From a virus (taxonomy: Duplodnaviria > Caudoviricetes), in the IMG/VR virus record IMGVR_UViG_3300015050_001523, positions 160,001 to 224,000 of that record: a stretch of 64,000 bases of DNA. One strand, given 5' to 3'. Of the stretch, positions 55,227 through 63,981 are shown piece by piece. A model generated the notes under the pieces. It saw only the letters and a program-made list of their open reading frames with translations, was not told the origin of the DNA and did not search any database. Every line of letters starts with the position of its first letter. The stretch's first letter is position 1. Both the position numbers and the translations under genes were made by a program.

Positions 55227-55307
55227 GTCCACGTAGTCGGCCATGTCTTCTAAGCATTGTAACCGTAACGGAATCTGAAATTGAAGGTTCGAATCCTTCC
55301 GTGGACG
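55227..55307 (+). tRNA. Atypical tRNA-Arg(TCT)-like gene lacking a D-arm, with enlarged variable region
   Basis: Acceptor GTCCACG/CGTGGAC, G73, T-arm GAAGG-TTCGAAT-CCTTC, anticodon arm ATGT-CTTCTAA-GCAT. Confidence 0.55.
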
Positions 55308-55340
55308 CTTTAAGTTGACAACAGAGAATAGTTAAGGCAT

Positions 55341-55378
55341 AAAAAAGCCCTCTTAAAATATTTTAAGAGGGCTTTTTT
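55341..55378 (+). terminator. Intrinsic terminator
   Basis: AAAAAAGCCCTCTTAAAA-TA-TTTTAAGAGGGCTTTTTT. Confidence 0.7.
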
Positions 55379-55408
55379 ATTTCTAATTTTATGTTATAAC
55401 AAAATAGC

Positions 55409-56206
55409 ATGAATTTTAAAATTCAAATAGCAAATAGATTTGAAAAGAAAAAAATAGAAAATCAAAAATTGGTAGCAATAGAACCAATTATAAGTGGAAT
55501 TAGGTGCATTTCCATTATAAAAGATAATGATATTGATTTTTATTCCGCCAAAAATACAAAAATCAAAGAAGATTTTACTAAATTAATCAAAGAAGATTTC
55601 AAAACTCTTTTAAAAGAGGAGAAAATTGAAAATTTTTCTATATTTGATGGAGTCTTGTCAAAAACAGAAAATTATTACAATTATTTTATATTTGATTGGC
55701 TCCCATATTTTGAATGGGAAACACAGACACCCAAACTTACATGTCAAGAAACAAGAGAAAAACTAGAAGACATGCTATTTGCAACAAGCAAATTTATAAA
55801 ACTTGTTGTTAGAGATATTATTCCTCCTTCCAGCGTTATACCAATCCATAATGTTTATATTTCAAAAAAGTATAAAGGAACAATGGTAAAAATTTTAAGT
55901 TCAAAATATAGTTTTGGGAAAACATATAATGTTATGGAAGTAAAAGATTCTTATGATATCGATCTTGAAGTTACATCATTTGAAGAAGGACATGGAAAGT
56001 ATAATAAAATGCTAGGTGCAATTATTTCAAAATATGGTTCTTCATTTGTTAAAATAGACTCAGGATTTAGTATAGAACAACGAAAAGAAATTTGGGAAAA
56101 TAGAACAAAATTTAGAAATAAATTTGCTAATATTAAATACAAAAAAATAAATGACGGAAATTTGATCGAGCCATCATTCAATTTTTGGAAGGAAAATAAA
56201 AAATAA
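55409..56206 (+). CDS. ATP-dependent DNA ligase homolog lacking the catalytic lysine
   Basis: EPIISGIRC in place of EPKxDGxRC; FDG, GTMVK, OB-fold EEGHGKY..MLGAI...SGFS. Confidence 0.7.
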   Translation: MNFKIQIANRFEKKKIENQKLVAIEPIISGIRCISIIKDNDIDFYSAKNTKIKEDFTKLIKEDFKTLLKEEKIENFSIFDGVLSKTENYYNYFIFDWLPYFEWETQTPKLTCQETREKLEDMLFATSKFIKLVVRDIIPPSSVIPIHNVYISKKYKGTMVKILSSKYSFGKTYNVMEVKDSYDIDLEVTSFEEGHGKYNKMLGAIISKYGSSFVKIDSGFSIEQRKEIWENRTKFRNKFANIKYKKINDGNLIEPSFNFWKENKK

Positions 56207-56208
56207 TC

Positions 56209-57531
56209 ATGGAAGAACAGCAATTTACAAAAACAATCAATAATGAAGAATATATTCAAACTTTGAAATCTGTTCTAGACGATATAGAGAAAATTTCAAA
56301 AGCTGATATAGCTGCCTATTTGACAAAAAATAAGACATTCATTTCTGAGCGCCTTTCTACTTTATTAAGACATACTGTTGACAATGGAAGTCCATTGGCT
56401 CGGCTTATAAAAAAACAAATACTTGAAGCCGCATATAACGCAGAAAAGGCTGGGGCTGATTCCACTAGATTTTTTATTGCTTTTGTTTTGAATTTAATTC
56501 AAACTCTTTTAAAGAATTTAGAAAATGAAAATATTCCTAATATAGTCAAAAAATTAGATTTTGACTATCGAGAAATATCAAATAGAATTATCGAAGAAAC
56601 AAAACCTGCAACTTGGGAAGATATTGTCGAATGTGTGACTAAATCAAGCGACAATGAAATGTTATCTAAAATGGTTTTAGAAGCTGTTGAATTGGCAGGG
56701 CTAGAAGGAAACATAATTCCAGGAGGCTCTTCAAATGGAAAGTATTCAGTTGAATTGGTTTTGGGATATAACTTTCCAGTGTCAACCTATCCATTATTTA
56801 CAAGCGAAGATGGTGGAAGATGGGGCCGAGGAGATGTTAGGGTTCTTGTCGTTGATGGAATAATCGAGAGAGCGTCAGAACTTCATAATTTCTTCACAGA
56901 AGCGTATAGCAACGAAAAGCCTCATCTTATTGTTGCTCGTGGTTATGGAGAAGAAGTTATTGCAACAATATCTGCCAACAAGAAATTAGATATTTGTCCA
57001 ATTAGAATTCCTTGGGAAATTGAAAGTATAAATTTTATTGCTGATATTTCTATAGTGTGCGGTTCTAAAATTGTATCTACAATGAAAGGAGACTCTGTTG
57101 CAACCATTGTTTATGATGAACTTCCAATCGTAGATAAAGTTATATGCACAAAAGAAAATTTAAATATAATAAACAATAAAACACAGCAGACTGTCAGTTC
57201 TCATATTTCAGATCTTTCAGAAAGGAGAGAAAATACTCATATAGAAGAAATGTCTGAACTTATAAATAAAAGAATAAAGGCATTAAATTCTCATACTGTT
57301 CATATTCGTTTAGGTTCTCTGACAGAGCAACAAAAAATGAAAGAATTAGAATCTATTGATTATTCTTTAAGAATTGTTAAAAGAATTTTAAATAAAGGAA
57401 CGATTTATATGAGAGAGCTTGGATTTAATGAAAAAATGCCAACAACCTCTGTATTGTCGGCACTTTATTATGGAATTTCTCTTGCTAAATCTCTTATTTC
57501 TATAGATTTGGCAATAATGAATGATGATTGA
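56209..57531 (+). CDS. Divergent GroEL-like chaperonin
   Basis: VLVVDGII, PHLIVARGY, ISIVCGSKIV, IRLGSLTE; GDGTTT degenerate (GADSTR). Confidence 0.7.
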   Translation: MEEQQFTKTINNEEYIQTLKSVLDDIEKISKADIAAYLTKNKTFISERLSTLLRHTVDNGSPLARLIKKQILEAAYNAEKAGADSTRFFIAFVLNLIQTLLKNLENENIPNIVKKLDFDYREISNRIIEETKPATWEDIVECVTKSSDNEMLSKMVLEAVELAGLEGNIIPGGSSNGKYSVELVLGYNFPVSTYPLFTSEDGGRWGRGDVRVLVVDGIIERASELHNFFTEAYSNEKPHLIVARGYGEEVIATISANKKLDICPIRIPWEIESINFIADISIVCGSKIVSTMKGDSVATIVYDELPIVDKVICTKENLNIINNKTQQTVSSHISDLSERRENTHIEEMSELINKRIKALNSHTVHIRLGSLTEQQKMKELESIDYSLRIVKRILNKGTIYMRELGFNEKMPTTSVLSALYYGISLAKSLISIDLAIMNDD

Positions 57532-57534
57532 TTC

Positions 57535-58428
57535 TTAGATTGTTTTTTCTTTTGAAGGATTTGGTTTAGTAACTGCTGATATTTTTTCAAAAGCTTTTTT
57601 GATAGCTGGATCTATCTTTTGCCCGATTTTTTCCATAAAAGAAATTGCCTCTAAGTATGATTTCTTTTGTTCTGGTGTTAATTTTTGAAGAACATTTGCA
57701 AGATTTTTTGGACCTTGTGAGGCATTAGGATCAGTTTCTGGAGATAGTTCTGATACATCTTCTTGTGAAATAGGTACTTGAAGCTTTGTTCCAGATGCGC
57801 GTGCAACAAGACCTTTTAATTCTTGCAAGTCAAGATCTAAAATTTGTTCAACAGCTGCTTTTGCATTTATTTTAAATTGGTTGAAAAGTCCAGCAATACT
57901 AGATGGTACTTTAAAAGCATTTAATAGCATTTTTTCAATTCTTGGAATAGATTTTGTATCGTTTGCCTTCTCAGCAACTCCTCTTAGGGAATTTGGATTT
58001 TTTGCAGGACTTCCGGTAACTAACGGATTGGAATCTCCCATTTCTGTTGGTCCACTACCTGAAATTGCTTCACTTACGGCAGACTTCATTAGAGGCCCAG
58101 CAATTGAAATAATTGATGGAAATGATCTAAATATTGAAACAAGTTGAGTTTGTAATGCTATTATGCTTGATATTTGTTTTTTTTCTATTGATTCTCCACC
58201 TAATGCTGATGCAAGCTTTCTAACAAATCCAGGACTTGAAACTTTTGCAACAGCATCTCTAGCCACATCTAAAACTTCTGTTATTGCTGGTATTTCGGCC
58301 GATCCAACAATTTGATCCAATTTATCAAACATTTGTGCGATTTTGCGCAATTCATTTTCATCAATGGCTTCTAACAAAATATCAAATTGGGCTTTATTAT
58401 ATTTTTCTTGTAATGAGACAGTTTTCAT
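57535..58428 (-). CDS. Hypothetical protein
   Basis: 297-aa helical ORF. Confidence 0.7.
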   Translation of the reverse strand: MKTVSLQEKYNKAQFDILLEAIDENELRKIAQMFDKLDQIVGSAEIPAITEVLDVARDAVAKVSSPGFVRKLASALGGESIEKKQISSIIALQTQLVSIFRSFPSIISIAGPLMKSAVSEAISGSGPTEMGDSNPLVTGSPAKNPNSLRGVAEKANDTKSIPRIEKMLLNAFKVPSSIAGLFNQFKINAKAAVEQILDLDLQELKGLVARASGTKLQVPISQEDVSELSPETDPNASQGPKNLANVLQKLTPEQKKSYLEAISFMEKIGQKIDPAIKKAFEKISAVTKPNPSKEKTI

Positions 58429-58460
58429 GATATAATAGTCCTATAGCATTAATTATCAAC

Positions 58461-58991
58461 ATGACAAACAAAAGGACAGAATTAGAAGAATTAAAAGAAA
58501 ACGATCTTCTTCCAAAGGAGATAAATGGAATAAAACATTTGGTTGAGTGCAATTGTATTCTTCCTCAATTTAAAAATAAGAAACCAATTGTTTGGCATAA
58601 GTTTCAAGTATTTTCTATAATTGATGAGGATAATAATGTTATTCCAAAATTTTCCCAATGTAACAATTGTGGAATAATTCATAAAGTAACAGAAATTGGA
58701 AAATCAGAAATTACAACAAAAGAAAATATTAAATCAATTAGAACAATAGAAGAAATAAAAATGGGAATTCAATCTGATATTGCGGGTCTTCTTGAGCAAT
58801 ATAGTAAAGAGCTTCCAATTTGGGAAGAAGCAGAATTTATTTTGCAAAATAAAAAATGGGGTTCATTTATTGTTCTAGACTCTGAATCAGAAAACGGGGC
58901 AACAATTGGAAAAGTGCTAATTTTTCAGGGAGTTCCTGTTCTGGCAAGAATTGAATCTTTTTCTAGGCAAGAAATTATAAACAAATCTTAA
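58461..58991 (+). CDS. Hypothetical Zn-binding protein
   Basis: HLVECNC, QCNNCGIIH; TAATTA-N5-ATG upstream. Confidence 0.7.
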   Translation: MTNKRTELEELKENDLLPKEINGIKHLVECNCILPQFKNKKPIVWHKFQVFSIIDEDNNVIPKFSQCNNCGIIHKVTEIGKSEITTKENIKSIRTIEEIKMGIQSDIAGLLEQYSKELPIWEEAEFILQNKKWGSFIVLDSESENGATIGKVLIFQGVPVLARIESFSRQEIINKS

Positions 58992-59002
58992 AGGAGAAAA
59001 AT

Positions 59003-59242
59003 ATGGGAATTAGACAATATGGAACATCAATAGATGATAAAATTATAAAAGAGAGCAATGAAGCTAGATTAATTGTTTCAAAAATTATGGATTATGGAAT
59101 TTCTCAAAATCAAATTCTTTTTATTATAAATGATTTGGCTATGAATCTAGAAAATCAAGATCATTTAAGAAGGATAATTAATGTTGTGCGAGACATAAAG
59201 GACGATACCTTAATTGTTACTAAAAGTCCGCTTGAGGTCTAA
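59003..59242 (+). CDS. Hypothetical protein
   Basis: 79 aa, AGGAG SD. Confidence 0.65.
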   Translation: MGIRQYGTSIDDKIIKESNEARLIVSKIMDYGISQNQILFIINDLAMNLENQDHLRRIINVVRDIKDDTLIVTKSPLEV

Positions 59243-59247
59243 AATTT

Positions 59248-59853
59248 ATGGATATAAAAAAAGATTTTGAGGAAGAAGATGAAAATAGAATAATTGTATT
59301 AAATGAAATTGATGAATCTCCTATATCAAATGCCATATCTACACTTCTTGGATTTGCAAAGAAAAATAAAAAAAGCCCAATTAATATAATAATAAATACT
59401 TTTGGTGGAAACATCTATGATATGTTCGCGCTTTATGATACGATCAAGTATGTTCAAAGCCAAGGAATTCCGGTTCATACAATAGGGCTAGGAAAAATTA
59501 TGAGCGCTGGGGTTATTTTGCTTGCTGTTGGAAATAACAGAAAAATAGGAAGAAATGCTACAATTATGTGGCATGTTGGTAGAGATGAAGTTTCTGGGGA
59601 TATTTTTGAAATCAAAAATGATCTGAATGAATTCAATAGACTCGAATCTCTTTGTAATAAAGTTCTCTCATCGGATACTATTATTTCTGATGAAAAAATG
59701 AAAGAGATGCTTAGTCCTAGAATTGATGTCTATATAACGCCAGCAGAAGCTATTAAATATGGAATTGTAGATGGGTATTTGGAAGCTTCTGAATCAAAAT
59801 ACAATAGTTTAACTAAAAAAACAACAGATAAAAAAACGAAAGCTAAAAAATGA
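59248..59853 (+). CDS. clpP: ClpP-like protease subunit
   Basis: INTFGGN, GKIMSAG (Ser), IMWH (His), DVYITPAEAIKYGIVD. Confidence 0.8.
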   Translation: MDIKKDFEEEDENRIIVLNEIDESPISNAISTLLGFAKKNKKSPINIIINTFGGNIYDMFALYDTIKYVQSQGIPVHTIGLGKIMSAGVILLAVGNNRKIGRNATIMWHVGRDEVSGDIFEIKNDLNEFNRLESLCNKVLSSDTIISDEKMKEMLSPRIDVYITPAEAIKYGIVDGYLEASESKYNSLTKKTTDKKTKAKK

Positions 59854-61484
59854 ATTTTAAATTTAATGAATATTTTCCTTTTAAAGAAATAAGAGAACAA
59901 CAAGATAAAGCAATAAATTTTGCCCTTGATTCATTTTTGAATAAGGGCAAAAAATTTGCAATTCTTGAGCTTGGGACCGGTGTCGGCAAGAGCGCCTGCG
60001 CAATCACAATTGCTAAATATCTCTCTAAGCACATGGAAGTTGCAGATACTTTTGAAAAAGGTTGTTGGATGCTTACAACACAAAAAATTCTTCAAGATCA
60101 ATATGTAAAAGATTTTGGTCCACCTAAAGGAGTATGCCGTTCAATAAAGTCTGCATCAAATTATAAATGCGATTTCTTTCCAAAAAATAAATGTAGTGAT
60201 AGTTTACACCTTCTAAAAGAAGCAGATCCCGATAGTAAGTTTTATAAAAAATGTTATTATTCATGTAAATATAAGGTTCAAAAACGAGCCTTTGTCGGTT
60301 CTGAACAAAGTATTACAAATTTTCCTTATTTTCTTACAGAAACATCTTATGTTGGAAAAATAACGCCAAGACAATTATTGGTAATAGATGAATGCCATAC
60401 AATAGAAGATGAATTATCAAAATTTGTTGAAGTAGTAATTAGTGAAAAATTTGCTTCATCAATTTTAAGACTAGATTTTCCAAAAGACATCACGAATCAA
60501 GATTCTGCTGTAAAATGGACAAAAGAAGAATATATCCCATCTCTTGATGGGAAAATTGACTTAGTTGATCAAGAATTAAAAAAACTACAAATAAGTGGAC
60601 AAGAAGAAAGTGACGAATCTAGAAGAATCGCTTCTAATAAAGAAAAATTAGTAAAACATAAAACAAAAATATCTAAATTTTTGTCGATTTATACAAAAGA
60701 GAATTGGATTTTCAATCTTATTCCATCTTGGAATAATAGTGGAAGAAAATTAGAATTCAAAAGTATTGATATCGGAGAATATGCACATGAACATCTTTTT
60801 AGATATGGACAAAAAGTTCTTTTATTGTCTGCTACTATTTTAAACAAAGAAGCATTTTGTGAAAGTATAGGAATAGATCCAAAAGATGCAGATTTTATAT
60901 CTATTGATTCTCCATTTCCAAAAGAGAACACCCCAGTATTCTACATTCCAGTAGGAGATATGGGAAAGGCAAAAATTGACCAAACTCTTCCAAATTTAGT
61001 TGAAATTGTTAAGGCATTACTAGAACAACACAAGGGCGAAAAAGGAATAATTCATACTAGAACATTCAAAATAGCAAATTATATTAAAAATAATATAAAA
61101 AGCTCTAGATTACTTATTCATGATAGTTTAGATAGAGAAGAAGTATTAAAAAAACATATGACCTCTAAAAAGGACACTGTTATTTTATCTCCGTCAAGTA
61201 CAGAAGGATTAGATCTAAAAGGAGATCTTAGCCGTTTTCAAATTATATGCAAACTGCATTGGCCATATCTTGGCGATGAATTAGTTAAGCGTAGAATGGA
61301 AAAATACAATCATTGGTATTCTTATCAGGCAGTTAAGAGTTTAATTCAGGCAAAAGGAAGAAGTATTAGAACATCTGAAGATTTTGCAGTAACATATATT
61401 TTAGATGATTCTTTTGATCGTTTATACTCAAACAACATTAGTTTGTTTCCAGAGCACTTTAAAGAATCTTTATTTATCGATTAA
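59850..61484 (+). CDS. DinG/XPD-like superfamily 2 helicase
   Basis: GTGVGKS, Cys cluster, IDECH, LLLSAT, EGLDL, QAKGRSIR. Confidence 0.85.
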   Translation: MNFKFNEYFPFKEIREQQDKAINFALDSFLNKGKKFAILELGTGVGKSACAITIAKYLSKHMEVADTFEKGCWMLTTQKILQDQYVKDFGPPKGVCRSIKSASNYKCDFFPKNKCSDSLHLLKEADPDSKFYKKCYYSCKYKVQKRAFVGSEQSITNFPYFLTETSYVGKITPRQLLVIDECHTIEDELSKFVEVVISEKFASSILRLDFPKDITNQDSAVKWTKEEYIPSLDGKIDLVDQELKKLQISGQEESDESRRIASNKEKLVKHKTKISKFLSIYTKENWIFNLIPSWNNSGRKLEFKSIDIGEYAHEHLFRYGQKVLLLSATILNKEAFCESIGIDPKDADFISIDSPFPKENTPVFYIPVGDMGKAKIDQTLPNLVEIVKALLEQHKGEKGIIHTRTFKIANYIKNNIKSSRLLIHDSLDREEVLKKHMTSKKDTVILSPSSTEGLDLKGDLSRFQIICKLHWPYLGDELVKRRMEKYNHWYSYQAVKSLIQAKGRSIRTSEDFAVTYILDDSFDRLYSNNISLFPEHFKESLFID

Positions 61485-61505
61485 AAAGAATATAGAAAGG
61501 AAAAT

Positions 61506-61796
61506 ATGTCAAAATCAAAAAAGATACCAAAAGACTTTACAGTTATTGATGGATGGGAAGAGCTTAGAATTCTTTTAGAGTCCCTTAATAAAGATTTAAA
61601 AAAATCTATTACAAAAGGAACCAAGCGTTCAGGAGTTAATGCTAGAAAAGGGCTAATGTATGCAAAGGAGCTTATTACAGACATTTATCATGCAAGTTTA
61701 ATCGAACAAAAACTTGCAAGAGAGAAAAGACCGATTCATAAAAATTCAGACGGAGCAGGAATTAAAGCTATGCATGAATCAAGAAAGATAAAATAA
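61506..61796 (+). CDS. Hypothetical basic protein
   Basis: 96 aa; KGTKRSGVNARKGL. Confidence 0.6.
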   Translation: MSKSKKIPKDFTVIDGWEELRILLESLNKDLKKSITKGTKRSGVNARKGLMYAKELITDIYHASLIEQKLAREKRPIHKNSDGAGIKAMHESRKIK

Positions 61797-61816
61797 CAAA
61801 TTTACAACTTTTACTT

Positions 61817-61840
61817 AAGGCACCTTTATGGTGCCTTTTT
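61817..61840 (+). terminator. Intrinsic terminator
   Basis: AAGGCACC-TTTAT-GGTGCCTT-TTT. Confidence 0.6.
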
Positions 61841-61890
61841 TAATTGTTTTTGTAGACTATGTATTTTTATAGACAGGAAATAAAACAATT

Positions 61891-62274
61891 ATGGCAAGAG
61901 GATCAATTAGACGAGAAATACACAATGATAAAATTGTTTTGAAGAAATATCTTTCTTTATGTGAACTAGAGGCAAAAAAAGGATTAGAACATCTTTCTTC
62001 TTCCTCTGAATCAAATTTAGAAGAGGAAGAAGTCCAAAACGATCCAGTCAAAGTTCAAGAAGAAAAATCATTAGAAATAATGCCAGAGAGCGTTCAAGAG
62101 TCTTTCGAAGAGCCATCTGAAGAGCCAGAGCCGGTATCAGCTTCGGACTCCAACGATGTTAAAATTATTACTGAAGAGATTATTGAAAAACAAGAGATAA
62201 AGTCCGAAGAAGAAGTTGAAGTTGTTGTTATAGATAAGAAAAATAAGAAAAAATCAAAGAAAGAAAAAAAATAA
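61891..62274 (+). CDS. Acidic low-complexity protein
   Basis: E/S/P-rich, basic tail. Confidence 0.55.
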   Translation: MARGSIRREIHNDKIVLKKYLSLCELEAKKGLEHLSSSSESNLEEEEVQNDPVKVQEEKSLEIMPESVQESFEEPSEEPEPVSASDSNDVKIITEEIIEKQEIKSEEEVEVVVIDKKNKKKSKKEKK

Positions 62275-62278
62275 AATA

Positions 62279-62545
62279 TTAATAATATTCTCCAAGTTTA
62301 TTATTTTTTCTAATTTTAAACAAAATGGCCTTTTCAATTTGACAAACTCTCATGCGAGTCAACCCAAAATACTCTCCAATCTGTTCTTGCTTTTGTGGGC
62401 CTTTTGATGTTAAGATGTTGATACAGTTTAGATTTTTTAAATTGTTGAACCAGCATCTGCATTCTTTTTTTAAACAAGGAAGGTTGTATTCTTCATGTAA
62501 ATTAAAACATGTATTATTTTCTATTATTTTGTCGTTAGTTAGCAT
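62279..62545 (-). CDS. Stand-alone sigma-70 region 4 HTH protein with Cys-rich N-terminus (start revised)
   Basis: GPQKQEQIGEYFGLTRMRVCQIEKAILFKI. Confidence 0.7.
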   Translation of the reverse strand: MLTNDKIIENNTCFNLHEEYNLPCLKKECRCWFNNLKNLNCINILTSKGPQKQEQIGEYFGLTRMRVCQIEKAILFKIRKNNKLGEYY

Positions 62546-62580
62546 ATAGATAAGAATTGTTGAGTTTAAGAGGATATATT

Positions 62581-63858
62581 TTGAACACTTACTGTATTGA
62601 CACAAGTGCCTTTATTGACAACCCTAAGATTATTGAATACTTAGGAGAATGTGAAATCATTGTTCCTTTTTGTGTTTTGGGAGAATTGGACCGAAATAGA
62701 AAAAGGGAAGGAACGGTTGGAAGAAATGCCAGAGAAGCCGTTAGAAATATTGATAAAATTACAAAAGATGAAGCCTGGAGGAAGGGGGCAGATACTGGGT
62801 ATGGTGGAACACTTCGTCTTATAAGTGCAGACTTTGAAAAACCTACAAATGATCTTAAAATTATTGCTTGTGCAGAATGGATTCAAAGTAAAGAAAAATC
62901 TGATATTATTCTTCTTAGTAATGATCTCGGTCTTAGAATCCAAGCTGAAGCTCATGGAATAAAAACAAAAGAATTTAAAGGCCCTAATCAGGATTTTCTA
63001 TATTCTGGTGTTGCTCATTTAGAATTAGATCAAGAAGAAATTAACAAAATTCATGAATTTGGAATGGTAGAAGTTCATAATAGTAATATTATCATGGAAG
63101 AGGGTGAAATTTATCCTAATCAAATGATTATTATTACAAATTTTGAAGAAAAGGGGAGTACTTTAGTAAGAGCAGAAATCCGTGGAGATACTACTATTTT
63201 TCATCGTGTTGAAAAACGAATTCCTTATGGAGTTGTACCTGGTTCTGTAGAGCAAACATTTGCTATTGATTTATTAACAAATAATAAAATTGAGTTAGTT
63301 TCTCTTATTGGAAAAGCAGGAAGTGGTAAGACATTTATCGCAATTGCTGCTGGACTTGAGCAAGTTCTTGAAAGAAAAATATATGAAAGAATCATCATTC
63401 TTAGACCAATAGTTCCAATGGGTAGAGATATTGGGTTCCTACCTGGGACTATGGAAGAGAAGATGTCTCCTTGGACCCAGCCTATCAAAGACAACTTAAT
63501 AACTCTTATGAAAGGTAATAAAAAGAATGTAGATTTTCTTTTTGAAACTGATAAAATTGTAGTTGAAGTAATGAGCTATATTCGAGGTAGATCTATTCCT
63601 AATTCTTATATTATTGTAGATGAATGTCAAAATCTTTCTTTAGAACATTTAAAAACAGTAATAACAAGAGCTGGGGAAGGTTCAAAAATTGTCTTGACAG
63701 GAGATGTTGAACAGATAGATAATATTTCTCTTGATGCTATGTCAAATGGGCTTTCTTGTGTAATTGAAGCTTTCAAAAAAGAAGATATTTCAGCACACAT
63801 TACATTAGTTAAAGGACAACGTTCAAAATTGGCAACTTTGGCATCACAAATACTTTAA
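62581..63858 (+). CDS. phoH: PhoH-family ATPase with N-terminal PIN domain
   Basis: IDTSAFI, VLGELD, SNDLGLR; GKAGSGKT, RGRS, VDECQN, LTGDVEQID; TTG start after GAGGA. Confidence 0.9.
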   Translation: MNTYCIDTSAFIDNPKIIEYLGECEIIVPFCVLGELDRNRKREGTVGRNAREAVRNIDKITKDEAWRKGADTGYGGTLRLISADFEKPTNDLKIIACAEWIQSKEKSDIILLSNDLGLRIQAEAHGIKTKEFKGPNQDFLYSGVAHLELDQEEINKIHEFGMVEVHNSNIIMEEGEIYPNQMIIITNFEEKGSTLVRAEIRGDTTIFHRVEKRIPYGVVPGSVEQTFAIDLLTNNKIELVSLIGKAGSGKTFIAIAAGLEQVLERKIYERIIILRPIVPMGRDIGFLPGTMEEKMSPWTQPIKDNLITLMKGNKKNVDFLFETDKIVVEVMSYIRGRSIPNSYIIVDECQNLSLEHLKTVITRAGEGSKIVLTGDVEQIDNISLDAMSNGLSCVIEAFKKEDISAHITLVKGQRSKLATLASQIL

Positions 63859-63940
63859 TCAAAAAAATTGAAAATAGATATTTACATAGCTGATTCATTA
63901 TGTTATTCTTAAATTAATTAATAGTTTTAAATTAAATTTT

Positions 63941-63981
63941 AAATATAGATCTTTAAATTAATATTAAAAAGATCTATATTT
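63941..63981. repeat. 14-bp inverted repeat in a very AT-rich intergenic tract
   Basis: AAATATAGATCTTT / AAAGATCTATATTT. Confidence 0.6.
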
